Below, piece after piece: positions 41,783 to 50,782 of a stretch of 64,000 nucleotides of DNA. How positions within the stretch are numbered: position 1 is the stretch's first letter; each line of letters begins with the position of its first letter. The notes beneath the pieces were generated by a model that was given only the letters and a program-made list of their open reading frames with translations, searched no databases and was not told the origin of the DNA. A program made the position numbers and the translations under genes. This DNA is from Alphaproteobacteria bacterium (GTDB lineage: Bacteria; Pseudomonadota; Alphaproteobacteria; RF32; CAG-239), in NCBI GenBank assembly GCA_017935485.1, contig JAGBHO010000054.1, forward strand, positions 67,126 to 131,125, in the 5' to 3' direction.

Positions 41783-44194
41783 ATGTTTGGTTTGAAAAAT
41801 TTTAAGACCTTTGCCGGTGCGTTGATGCTGGCGCTGGTCGGGGTTGTTCAGGGGGCATATGCTTCTGAAATTGACCTCAAAATTCCGTCTTTGGATGTGG
41901 AATACAACATCTTCGGTTATTCGGTTCTGGGTTCGCAGATTTTGCTGTATGGCATGAGTGTCTGCGTTTTGGGCATGCTTTTTGGTTTGTATGAGTTTCT
42001 TAAAATCAAAAAAATGCCTGCTCATGATGCCATGCTGAAGGTTTCGGAACTGATTTATGCAACCTGCAAAACTTATATGAAACAACAGGCTAAACTGCTT
42101 TTGGTTCTGGAAGTGTTTATTGCGGTTTGCATTTTTTACTATTTCTATTATCTCAATGCAACGCCGATGCCGAAAGTTCTGACTATCCTTTCCTGGTCGG
42201 TTCTGGGAATTCTCGGTTCTTATTCCGTGGCCTGGTTCGGCATGCGCATTAACAACTATGCCAATGCACGTACGGCTTTTTCTTCTTTGGAGGCAAAAGC
42301 TTATAAGGTTATGAGTCTGCCGTTGCGTTCCGGCATGTCTATCGGCGTTTTGCTGATTTGCGTTGAGCTGATTATGATGATTGCCATTCTTTTGTTTGTG
42401 CCGAAAGAAAGCGCCGGCGCCTGCTTTATCGGATTTGCCATCGGTGAATCGCTGGGTGCGGCGGCTTTGCGTATTTGCGGCGGCATTTTTACCAAGATTG
42501 CCGATATCGGTGCCGACCTGATGAAGATTATTTTCAAAATCGGCGAGGATGACGTTCGCAATCCGGGCGTCATTGCCGATTGTACCGGTGACAATGCCGG
42601 CGACTCCGTCGGGCCGACTGCCGACGGTTTTGAGACTTACGGCGTGACCGGCGTGGCGCTCATCAGCTTTATCGTTCTCGGCGCCGGCATGATGTATGCG
42701 CCGAACGGGGATCTGGCTCTGATGCCGAACGGCATTGATTTTCAGGCCCGTCTGATTGTCTGGATTTTTGCAATGCGTATCCTGATGATTATTACGTCGC
42801 TGATTTCTTATTGGTTTAACAACAAAGTTTCTTCCGCCCTTTACGGCAAAAAGAAGTTCTTTGATTTTGAAAAACCGCTGACAAGCCTGATTTGGTTTAC
42901 TTCTATCATCTCTATTGCCGTTACGTTCGGCGTATCTTATGTGATGATCGGCGATATCAGTCCGGATTTGTGGTGGAGATTGTCTCTGATTATCAGCTGC
43001 GGTACTCTGGCTGCTGCTCTGATTCCGGAGTTTACCAAAATCTTTACTTCTTCAAAATCCCAGCATGTGCAGGAAATTGTCAAATCCAGCCGTGAAGCCG
43101 GGGCTTCCCTGAACATTATTTCCGGTATCGTGGCCGGTAATTTCTCAGCTTTCTGGCAGGGTATCGTGATGGTTGGCCTGATGGTGGTTGCTTTCTTTAC
43201 CGCGCAATCAGGTCTTGGCGATTTTATGGTTTATCCGACAGTGTTTGCTTTCGGTCTGGTGGCATTCGGCATGCTCGGCATGGGGCCGGTTACGATTGCG
43301 GTAGACAGCTATGGTCCGGTTACCGACAATGCGCAATCTGTTTTTGAGTTGTCTCAGATTGAAAGCGTTAAGAACGTTAGCAAAGAGATTGAGAAAAAAT
43401 ACGATTTTAAACCGGATTTTGAACAAGGCAAGCATTTGCTTGAAGCTAACGACAGTGCCGGGAACACCTTTAAGGCAACAGCCAAGCCGGTTCTTATCGG
43501 TACGGCGGTTATCGGGGCTACGACAATGATTTTCTCAATCATTTTGCTGTTGAACCTGAAGCTTAATCTGTTGGATCCGCAGGTTCTGTTCGGTTTGATT
43601 CTCGGCGGTGCGGTAATTTACTGGTTCTCGGGCGCTTCCATGCAGGCGGTTTCGACCGGTGCTTATCGTGCGGTTGACTTTATTAAAAAACATATCAAGC
43701 TGAGCGGTACAAAGGCTGCTTCAAAGAAAGATTCTCAAGAAGTTGTTAAAATCTGCACAATCTATGCGCAAAAAGGGATGTTTAACATCTTTATCGTAAT
43801 CTTTTCCTTTACGATCGCCTTTGCCTGCTTTGATGCAAATCTGTTTGCAAGCTATCTGATTTCAATTGCCGTTTTTGGTTTGTTTCAGGCGCTGTTTATG
43901 GCGAATGCCGGCGGTGCATGGGATAATGCCAAAAAAGTGGTTGAGGTTGATTTGAACGAGAAAGGCACGCCGCTGCATGACGCTACCGTTGTCGGCGATA
44001 CGGTTGGAGATCCGTTCAAAGATACATCTTCCGTCGCTCTCAATCCGATTATCAAGTTTACGACCTTGTTCGGTTTGCTGGCGGTTGAAATGGCGGTTGC
44101 CGCACCGAGATGTGTTTCTCTCGGCCTGGGTATTTTCTTCTTATTGTTGGGGTTGGTGTTTGTATATCGGTCCTTCTACAAGATGAAAATATAA
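41783..44194 (+). CDS. hppA: membrane-bound pyrophosphatase (M-PPase), divergent
   Basis: 803 aa with GGIFTKIADIGADL, GDTVGDPFKDTS, GGAWDNAKK, and Lys in GNTFKA. The acidic motif reads DCTGDNAGDSVGPTADGFETY rather than the canonical form. Confidence 0.9.
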   Translation: MFGLKNFKTFAGALMLALVGVVQGAYASEIDLKIPSLDVEYNIFGYSVLGSQILLYGMSVCVLGMLFGLYEFLKIKKMPAHDAMLKVSELIYATCKTYMKQQAKLLLVLEVFIAVCIFYYFYYLNATPMPKVLTILSWSVLGILGSYSVAWFGMRINNYANARTAFSSLEAKAYKVMSLPLRSGMSIGVLLICVELIMMIAILLFVPKESAGACFIGFAIGESLGAAALRICGGIFTKIADIGADLMKIIFKIGEDDVRNPGVIADCTGDNAGDSVGPTADGFETYGVTGVALISFIVLGAGMMYAPNGDLALMPNGIDFQARLIVWIFAMRILMIITSLISYWFNNKVSSALYGKKKFFDFEKPLTSLIWFTSIISIAVTFGVSYVMIGDISPDLWWRLSLIISCGTLAAALIPEFTKIFTSSKSQHVQEIVKSSREAGASLNIISGIVAGNFSAFWQGIVMVGLMVVAFFTAQSGLGDFMVYPTVFAFGLVAFGMLGMGPVTIAVDSYGPVTDNAQSVFELSQIESVKNVSKEIEKKYDFKPDFEQGKHLLEANDSAGNTFKATAKPVLIGTAVIGATTMIFSIILLLNLKLNLLDPQVLFGLILGGAVIYWFSGASMQAVSTGAYRAVDFIKKHIKLSGTKAASKKDSQEVVKICTIYAQKGMFNIFIVIFSFTIAFACFDANLFASYLISIAVFGLFQALFMANAGGAWDNAKKVVEVDLNEKGTPLHDATVVGDTVGDPFKDTSSVALNPIIKFTTLFGLLAVEMAVAAPRCVSLGLGIFFLLLGLVFVYRSFYKMKI

Positions 44195-44318
44195 AAAATC
44201 ACGTATAATGGTCTATTAATACAGAAAAAATCTTTAAGGCTAAGTCATGTACCACTACGTACACTCCTGTCGCCTTAAAGGTTTTTTCTTATTACTAGCC
44301 TCATTCTCCGTAATTTTT
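44194..44318 (+). repeat. nested-palindrome element unit C1 (full unit)
   Basis: Starts at the hppA TAA. Outer arms aaaaatcacgTATAATGGtctat / actagcCTCATTCTCcgtaattttt; stem tctttaaggc/gccttaaagg; canonical core. Confidence 0.88.
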
Positions 44319-44320
44319 GT

Positions 44321-44444
44321 AAACACCGCGTATAAAGGGCTATTAATACAGAAATAGCAAAAGGAAGTTTCCTCACGTACTGCTATGTACGCTGCGGTAC
44401 TTCCTTTTTTATTTCTTATTACTAGCCTCTTTTTCCGCGTTTTT
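44321..44444 (+). repeat. nested-palindrome element unit C2 (full unit)
   Basis: cgTATAAAGGgctat...actagcCTCTTTTTCcg; stem caaaaggaagt/acttcctttt; core ttcctcacgtactgctatgtacgctgcggt. Confidence 0.85.
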
Positions 44445-44453
44445 ATAAAACCC

Positions 44454-44531
44454 TAATACAGAAAAAAATTTTAGCTAAGTCATGTAATATTATGTACACT
44501 CCTGTCGCTAAAATTCTTTTTTCTTATTATC
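44454..44531 (+). repeat. nested-palindrome element unit C3 (inner unit)
   Basis: TAATACAGA + aaaaaaattttagc / gctaaaattcttttt + CTTATTAT; core ctaagtcatgtaatattatgtacactcctgtc. Confidence 0.88.
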
Positions 44532-44534
44532 TGA

Positions 44535-44597
44535 CTTAGGCATCCGGGCTCGCTGCGGTTGCTTACGCTTTCCTTGCTTGCCAAGATGTTCCAAAGA
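44535..44597 (+). repeat. 63-nt tail module (copy 2 of 2)
   Basis: cttaggcatccgggctcgctgcggttgcttacgctttccttgcttgccaagatgttccaaaga; same length as 4513..4575 with few substitutions. Confidence 0.85.
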
Positions 44598-44732
44598 CAC
44601 AGAGTTAGTTATTATTTGTTGTTTGGTGCTGATATTCGTTTAAGGCATTGCGGAGAGTAGTGAATATTTCTTCTGTATCTTCTTGAAAGAGATAAGCAGG
44701 GACTTGTATGCAATATTTATTATACTGTCTTT

Positions 44733-45119
44733 TTAATTTCGGAGAAATCTTTGAGGCTTATTTAATCTTTGAAGAATGCTGTTGATATTTTTAATCTTAA
44801 TTTTGATTGTGTTCTGTTTTTTATGATTTATCAGCTCAATATTCTGTATTTCGGAATAATAAATAAAGCCAAATCCATAATAATTGTCAACAATTCCTTG
44901 AGGGGTTATTATTAAGAGAGGTTTATTCCAGCTTCTTATCTGAATGTATTTTATGCATAGGTACAGGGAATGTAAAAGTATAATGGCTAAAAAAGCCGCT
45001 TTTAAAGGATCTTTATCTGCATAGTGTATGGTTAATATACCGCTGCAAAGGATACATAGAACCATAATGCGGATTATTTCAGAACAACGGGATTTAGAAA
45101 TCTTAAATTCTCTTGTCAT
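44733..45119 (-). CDS. small membrane protein, function unknown (A+T-rich)
   Basis: 128 aa with two N-terminal TM segments and an AAGGA SD upstream of the ATG at 45119. Confidence 0.55.
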   Translation of the reverse strand: MTREFKISKSRCSEIIRIMVLCILCSGILTIHYADKDPLKAAFLAIILLHSLYLCIKYIQIRSWNKPLLIITPQGIVDNYYGFGFIYYSEIQNIELINHKKQNTIKIKIKNINSILQRLNKPQRFLRN

Positions 45120-45151
45120 TATTTTTCCTTATATCCGGAGTGAAAGTCAAG

Positions 45152-47431
45152 TTATCCTTCCAGAATTTCCCGTTTGCCGGCATGGTCAGGGGCGCTGATG
45201 ATGCCATCTTCTTCCATGCGTTCAATCAGGGTGGCCGCTTTATTGTAACCAATTCTGAGCCGGCGCTGGACATAGCTGATGGAGGTTTTTTTATCACTTT
45301 TGACGATGGCAACGGCCTGAGCGTACAAATCGTCTTCTCCGCCGCCGGCGCCTCCGCCGAAACTGCCTTTGTCGAAGACGGCGCCGCTGTCTTTCTCATT
45401 CAGCTGCCCTTCGGTTACGCCTTCAACGTATTCCGGCGCTTTTTGCGATTTTAAGAATTCGACAATGCTTTCAATTTCGCTGTCTTTGACGAATCCGGCA
45501 TGAACGCGCAGCGGACGTTGACCGGCCGGCATATAGAGCATATCACCCATGCCGAGCAGTTGTTCGGCGCCTTGCTCACCCAGAATGGTGCGGCTGTCGA
45601 TTTTGGAAGTGACTTGAAAGCTGATGCGGGTCGGGAAGTTGGCTTTAATCGTACCGGTGATGACGTCAACGGACGGGCGTTGCGTGGACATAATCAGGTG
45701 CAGGCCGGCGGCACGCGCCATTTGCGCCAACCGCTGGATGGCGGCTTCAACCTCTTTGCCGGCGACAAGCATCAGGTCGGCCATTTCATCAACGATAATG
45801 ACAATATAAGGCAGCGGCGTAAGGTCTAAGTCTTGTTCTTCATAAATCGGTGCGCCGGTCTCGGCATCAAATCCGGTTTGAATGGTGCGTTTTATCTTTT
45901 GTCCGCTGGCTTTAAGCTCACGCAGTTTCTGATTATAGCCGGAAATGTTGCGGACGTTGAGCTGAGCCATGGCACGGTAGCGGTCTTCCATTTCCTTGAC
46001 GGCCCATTTTAAGCCGATAACCGCTTTGGCGGGATCGGTAATGACCGGCGTCAACAAATGCGGAATGCCGTTGTACAGCGAAAATTCGAGCATTTTCGGG
46101 TCAATCATGATAAGTTTGCATTCATCCGGCCGCATTTTATACAGCAGTGACAGAATCATGGTGTTGACGCCGACGGATTTACCGGAACCGGTCGTACCGG
46201 CAACCAACAGGTGCGGCATTTTGGCAAGGTCGGCATAGATGTTTTTGCCGCCGATGTCTTTGCCGAGCGTGACGGTTAACGCGCCTTTGGCGTTTTGAAA
46301 TTCGTCGCTGTCAAGCAATTCACGCAGGTAGACGATTTCGCGGGTCGGGTTCGGCATTTCAATACCAATGGTGTTGCTGCCCGGAACAACGGCAATACGG
46401 ACGGAAACGGCGCTCATTGAGCGGGCAATATCATCGGCCAGACTGATAACGCGGGCAGTTTTGGTGCCGGGAGCCGGTTCAAGTTCATAAAGCGTGACGA
46501 CCGGTCCAGGGCGGATTTTAACAATTTTGCCGTTGATGCCGAATTCCTGCAGGACGTTTTCCAAATCGAGTGCGATTTTATCCAGTTCTTTCTGGCTGAC
46601 GGTATGGGTATTTTTTTCTTTGGGTTTGGACAAGATGTCCATGCTCGGATATTGATAATTGTCACCGGCGGGTTCCGGCGTGAAGGGTTTGGACTTTTCG
46701 AATCCGGGTTCTTTTTTCTCTTCTTTGGCGGTTTTTTCTTTTTTGCGGCGCGGAGATTTTTCTTTTTCCGTTTTTGTCGGATTTTCTTCGCGGTATTGCG
46801 GTGCAAAGCTGAAAATATAGCGGAAAGCGGCAACAGTCCATAAAGCGGCGGTTTTAATCCGGCCGGCAATGCGGCGGCCAAGGGCAAACCAGTTGCGATA
46901 TGTGATTCCGGCGGCAAAGTTGAAGAAGAATATTGAAGACAGCAATAATATCGTGCCGAAAATCCAATCGGCATAGCCATAGACGTAAAACTTTTTGAAC
47001 AAGGTCAGGGTATGCCCGGCAAACAAGTTGCCGACCGTGCCGCCGAGCCGGAAAGTTCCGGTAACGTCGGGCAGAAGGCTTAAAAACATGGAAAATGTTA
47101 AAATGCCGAAAATAAAAGACAAAGAGCGGCAGACCGCAAATTCCAGCCTTTTCAGGCGTATCAGGCTAAAACCCCAGACGAAAGCGGCGCATAAAAACGG
47201 AAAAAGCGCAATGCCGAAATAATTAAAGATGAAAGCGGCCGTGTTTGCGCCGCCGTGTCCTAAAAAGTTTTTGACCGGTGTTGCGGAGGCCAGCAGAAAA
47301 GAATTGTCGTCAATATGATAAAAGGCACAGCTCAGCAAGGCATATACCGAAAGCAGAACCAGCAGCGCGCCCCAGAAGCGCCAGAGGGTTTTGACAATAA
47401 AACTTTTTTCTTTTTTCTTTTTCTTGGCCAT
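45152..47431 (-). CDS. ftsK: DNA translocase FtsK
   Basis: 759 aa with N-terminal TM segments, a Lys/Glu/Pro linker, a motor domain with GTTGSGKS, and a C-terminal gamma domain (ISYVQRRLRIGYNKAATLIERME). Confidence 0.95.
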   Translation of the reverse strand: MAKKKKKEKSFIVKTLWRFWGALLVLLSVYALLSCAFYHIDDNSFLLASATPVKNFLGHGGANTAAFIFNYFGIALFPFLCAAFVWGFSLIRLKRLEFAVCRSLSFIFGILTFSMFLSLLPDVTGTFRLGGTVGNLFAGHTLTLFKKFYVYGYADWIFGTILLLSSIFFFNFAAGITYRNWFALGRRIAGRIKTAALWTVAAFRYIFSFAPQYREENPTKTEKEKSPRRKKEKTAKEEKKEPGFEKSKPFTPEPAGDNYQYPSMDILSKPKEKNTHTVSQKELDKIALDLENVLQEFGINGKIVKIRPGPVVTLYELEPAPGTKTARVISLADDIARSMSAVSVRIAVVPGSNTIGIEMPNPTREIVYLRELLDSDEFQNAKGALTVTLGKDIGGKNIYADLAKMPHLLVAGTTGSGKSVGVNTMILSLLYKMRPDECKLIMIDPKMLEFSLYNGIPHLLTPVITDPAKAVIGLKWAVKEMEDRYRAMAQLNVRNISGYNQKLRELKASGQKIKRTIQTGFDAETGAPIYEEQDLDLTPLPYIVIIVDEMADLMLVAGKEVEAAIQRLAQMARAAGLHLIMSTQRPSVDVITGTIKANFPTRISFQVTSKIDSRTILGEQGAEQLLGMGDMLYMPAGQRPLRVHAGFVKDSEIESIVEFLKSQKAPEYVEGVTEGQLNEKDSGAVFDKGSFGGGAGGGEDDLYAQAVAIVKSDKKTSISYVQRRLRIGYNKAATLIERMEEDGIISAPDHAGKREILEG

Positions 47432-47631
47432 GATCAGATTCCGTTTTTTTTTGTTTTGGCTGAATTATATGCCGGAAATCCTCAAAGAATCCTTAATTTT
47501 GACAATAAATTTCCGCCGTTTTTTCTTTCTCTGTTGCGGCTTTGCTGTAGTATAAAATGGGTTTTTGTCTTGACTTTATGACAATAATCGATAAACCTTA
47601 ACGCGATATTAATAAGAATAAAGAGGTTTTA

Positions 47632-48576
47632 ATGAAATATGCTTTTGTATTCCCGGGTCAGGGCTCGCAATTTGTGGGCATGGGCAAGGAATTGGCAGAA
47701 AATTTTAAGTCGGCCAAAGAGGTCTTTCAGGAAGTTAACGACGCTCTTTCGCAGGATTTGTTTAAGATTATGTCAGAAGGGCCGGAAAGCGATTTGACGC
47801 TGACGACCAATGCACAGCCGGCTTTGATGGCTCATTCGATGGCGGTGGTCAGGGTATTGGAAAAAGAGTTTGGCGTATTGCTCAAAGACAAGGCCAGCTT
47901 TGTTGCCGGACATTCTCTCGGCGAGTATTCCGCTGCTTGCGCGTCCGGTGTGTTTTCTTTGGCTGATACGGCCAGACTACTCAGAACGCGCGGCGATGCC
48001 ATGCAGAAAGCCGTGCCGGTCGGCGTGGGCGGTATGGCTGCCGTTATCGGTGTTTCTTTCAAAGACGTTGTCGCTCTGGCAGAGGCTTGTTCCGAAGGCG
48101 GATATACCTGTGTGGCGGCCAATGACAATGCCGACGGTCAGGTTGTTTTGAGCGGGCATATTCAGGCAATTGAAAAAGCTGTTGAGATCGCGCCGGAATT
48201 TGGTGCCAAAAGATGTATCAAACTGCCGGTCAGCGCACCTTTTCACAGCCCGTTGATGGGGCCGGCGGCCGAAGTTATGGCCAGAGCTCTGGCTGAGGTT
48301 GAAGCTCATAAGCCGCAAATTCCGCTGATTGCCAATGTGTTGGCTGAGGCCGTTACTGACGAGAAGGAAATTGTAAAGCATTTGGTTGAGCAGGTTACCG
48401 GATCCGTCCGTTGGCGCGAAACCGTTATTTATATGAAAGAGCAGGGCGTTACCAATGCCGTTGAACTGGGCGCCGGCAAAGTGCTTTCGGGAATTATTAA
48501 GAGAAGCGACAAAGAAATCAGTACCGTATCAGCCGGTTCGCCTGCTGAAATCGAAGAACTCGCAAAAAGTTTTTAA
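47632..48576 (+). CDS. fabD: malonyl-CoA:ACP transacylase
   Basis: GQGSQ and GHSLGE motifs. Confidence 0.95.
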   Translation: MKYAFVFPGQGSQFVGMGKELAENFKSAKEVFQEVNDALSQDLFKIMSEGPESDLTLTTNAQPALMAHSMAVVRVLEKEFGVLLKDKASFVAGHSLGEYSAACASGVFSLADTARLLRTRGDAMQKAVPVGVGGMAAVIGVSFKDVVALAEACSEGGYTCVAANDNADGQVVLSGHIQAIEKAVEIAPEFGAKRCIKLPVSAPFHSPLMGPAAEVMARALAEVEAHKPQIPLIANVLAEAVTDEKEIVKHLVEQVTGSVRWRETVIYMKEQGVTNAVELGAGKVLSGIIKRSDKEISTVSAGSPAEIEELAKSF

Positions 48577-48600
48577 CTCATTACAATATGGAGAAAATAT

Positions 48601-49338
48601 ATGTTTAGATTAGATGGAAAAGTTGCCCTGATTACCGGTGCCGCCGGCGGACTGGGTGATAAAATCGCCCGTACGCTGCATGCTCAGGGAGCAACTCTGG
48701 CTTTGACCGATATGCGTGAAGAGCCGATGCTTAAGCTGAAGGAAGAGCTGGGTTCCAATGTTGAGGTTTTTACCGCCAACCTGACAAATCCTGAAGATGT
48801 AAAATCTTTGGTTGAGAAAGTTGAGGAAAAACTTGGCCGTATTGATATTTTGGTAAACAATGCCGGTTTGACACGCGACAATCTCTTTATCAGAATGAGT
48901 GATGAAGACTGGCAGCTGGTTTTGGATGTTAACCTTTCAGCCGGTTTCAAATTGGCAAAAGCTGCCGTTCGCGGCATGATGAAGCGCCGTTTCGGCCGTA
49001 TCATCGGTATTGCCTCGGTTGTCGGTGTTACCGGAAATGCCGGTCAGGCCAACTATTCCGCTTCCAAGGCCGGTATGATCGCCATGAACAAATGTCTGGC
49101 TCAGGAGGTCGGTTCGCGCGGCATTACCGTAAATTCAATTGCTCCGGGCTTTATCCGCACGCCGATGACCGATGTTTTGCCTGATGATGTTAAAGCCGCC
49201 CTTTTGGCCAAAATTCCGGAAGGCAAGCTTGGCGAAGCTCAGGATATTGCGAACGTTGTTGCATTCCTTGCGTCTGATGAAGCGCAATATATTACGGGAC
49301 AGACTATTAATATTAATGGCGGAATGGCCATGATATAA
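48601..49338 (+). CDS. fabG: 3-oxoacyl-ACP reductase
   Basis: TGAAGGLG, NNAG and YSASKAG SDR motifs; follows fabD. Confidence 0.95.
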   Translation: MFRLDGKVALITGAAGGLGDKIARTLHAQGATLALTDMREEPMLKLKEELGSNVEVFTANLTNPEDVKSLVEKVEEKLGRIDILVNNAGLTRDNLFIRMSDEDWQLVLDVNLSAGFKLAKAAVRGMMKRRFGRIIGIASVVGVTGNAGQANYSASKAGMIAMNKCLAQEVGSRGITVNSIAPGFIRTPMTDVLPDDVKAALLAKIPEGKLGEAQDIANVVAFLASDEAQYITGQTININGGMAMI

Positions 49339-49460
49339 AACCGCGTATAATGGTCGACTAATACAGATTTAGCGGGTTGGAGAAATGCTCATGTACTACT
49401 TTGTACACTCCGCTTTCTCCACCCTAAAATCTTATTATTCGACTCATTCTCCGCGGTTTT
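49338..49460 (+). repeat. nested-palindrome element unit D1 (full unit)
   Basis: Same as A1/B1 except for paired substitutions in both arms: accgcg/cgcggt versus actgcg/cgcagt, and ggtcgac/tcgactc versus ggccgac/tcggctc. Confidence 0.9.
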
Positions 49461-49477
49461 ATAAAACTATGGGCACC

Positions 49478-49557
49478 TAATACAGAAAAGGAAATTTTGG
49501 CTAAGTCATGTATGTCTCTATACACTCCTGTCGCCAAAATTTTCTTTTCTTATTATC
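49478..49557 (+). repeat. nested-palindrome element unit D2 (inner unit)
   Basis: Stem ggaaattttggc/gccaaaattttc. In the core the inner stem changes to tgtat/ataca (compensated). Confidence 0.88.
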
Positions 49558-49686
49558 TGCCTCATATATCAAGTTTTAATTTTTTAAGACCAGTTATGCT
49601 TGTTTCTTTTCTTCTTATTTTTTGTACATTAGTTTTTGCTTCACAAACAGCATTTTTTTAAGATTATTCCTATGGAAGTCTGGTAC

Positions 49687-49714
49687 AAAAAATGCGGGGC
49701 AATTTTTGCCCCGC
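49687..49714 (-). terminator. intrinsic terminator
   Basis: gcggggca-atttt-tgccccgc, followed by T6 on the minus strand. Confidence 0.75.
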
Positions 49715-49732
49715 GGTCAGATTTGTTTGAAA

Positions 49733-50632
49733 TTATGCATTTCGATGAAATTGTTTTATTGAATAAATGGCACACCAGCCGTACGCGATTGTTACTATCA
49801 TGCTAAGTAAAATTGTGACAGGATAATCAATCGGTAACATATAAAAGCCGAATGTAAAACTACCGCTTATAAAAAGCAACCAATAGAGGATTATGACTGT
49901 TAAAACAATTTTGCAGAGAAAAACTTTGTAGCGCCCCTCATTTATATTAGTAAAACAAAGTATAATACTTGATAAAGGGAAAAAGAAATAAAATAGGACA
50001 TTTAAGATACACAAGCTCCAATTTTGCAGTGTAAGCTTTTTTATCTTTTCCAATTCTGTAATTTGTTTGTCTCTTTCAGCACACAAGGCTGTCTTTTTTT
50101 CATGATAACAGATTTCTTTTTCTGTATAGCCGGATGTTGGTTTTGCAGCATCGATTTCTGTTATCTTTTTTTGCAGCGCCTGAAGCTTAAGCTCTGTTTT
50201 ATCCAATTTTGCGGTTTTGTACCGGGCAAAACGGTTTAAAACGGCCTCTTCAGAATACCACGGAATTTGATCTGCAGATTTGGATTGTTCAACTTTGGGT
50301 GAACAGTTTAATTTCCGGAGCTTTTCCTGTTTTTTTTGTTCTGCTTCAGTTGCCCATTTTTCCTTGTTCTGTAAACAATAGTTTCCACCGAATCCAAACA
50401 ACATAATTGTTGCCGAGATGCCAATCATAAGCAGCCAGACCCTTGTCCGCTTCCGTTGGTAATTTTCTTCTGTCCAGTAAATTTTGACAATTTGTTCCGG
50501 AGCAACAGATGCCGAGGGGGTAATGTTCTGCTTTGCAAATTCTTTACGAAGTTGTTTTAATTTGGCTGCACCATATAAAATGCAAAATCCAACCAGTGCT
50601 GAACTGATAGAAATAATCAAAAAATTTTCCAT
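49733..50632 (-). CDS. membrane protein with central coiled-coil, function unknown (A+T-rich)
   Basis: 299 aa with TM segments at both ends and a Lys/Glu/Gln-rich central region. No SD seen. Confidence 0.5.
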   Translation of the reverse strand: MENFLIISISSALVGFCILYGAAKLKQLRKEFAKQNITPSASVAPEQIVKIYWTEENYQRKRTRVWLLMIGISATIMLFGFGGNYCLQNKEKWATEAEQKKQEKLRKLNCSPKVEQSKSADQIPWYSEEAVLNRFARYKTAKLDKTELKLQALQKKITEIDAAKPTSGYTEKEICYHEKKTALCAERDKQITELEKIKKLTLQNWSLCILNVLFYFFFPLSSIILCFTNINEGRYKVFLCKIVLTVIILYWLLFISGSFTFGFYMLPIDYPVTILLSMIVTIAYGWCAIYSIKQFHRNA

Positions 50633-50782
50633 AATAATTTATAATTAGTTAGTGTTCGTGTGAGAAGATATATGTTTATCGATATTTTGTCAAGAAAATT
50701 TGTGCCGGATAAAATGATTTGGGAATTTAAACGTAATACTGCCTGCATAAGCAGGCAGATACGGATTTGTTTTTACCCGTGT

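Noticed and set aside
44194-44597. Could the repeated units be a CRISPR array?
   Set aside because: The units are 78-125 bp imperfect palindromes with no alternating fixed-length repeat and spacer pattern. The conserved parts are the loop and flanks rather than a direct repeat. No cas genes are present.
44606-44732. Open frame continuing past the stop of the 128-aa gene in another frame (..VPAYLFQEDTEEIFTTLRNALNEYQHQTTNNN), read as a possible frameshifted pseudogene tail
   Set aside because: There is no start codon, the stretch is only about 40 codons in A+T-rich DNA, and no recognisable homology supports it. The evidence is insufficient.
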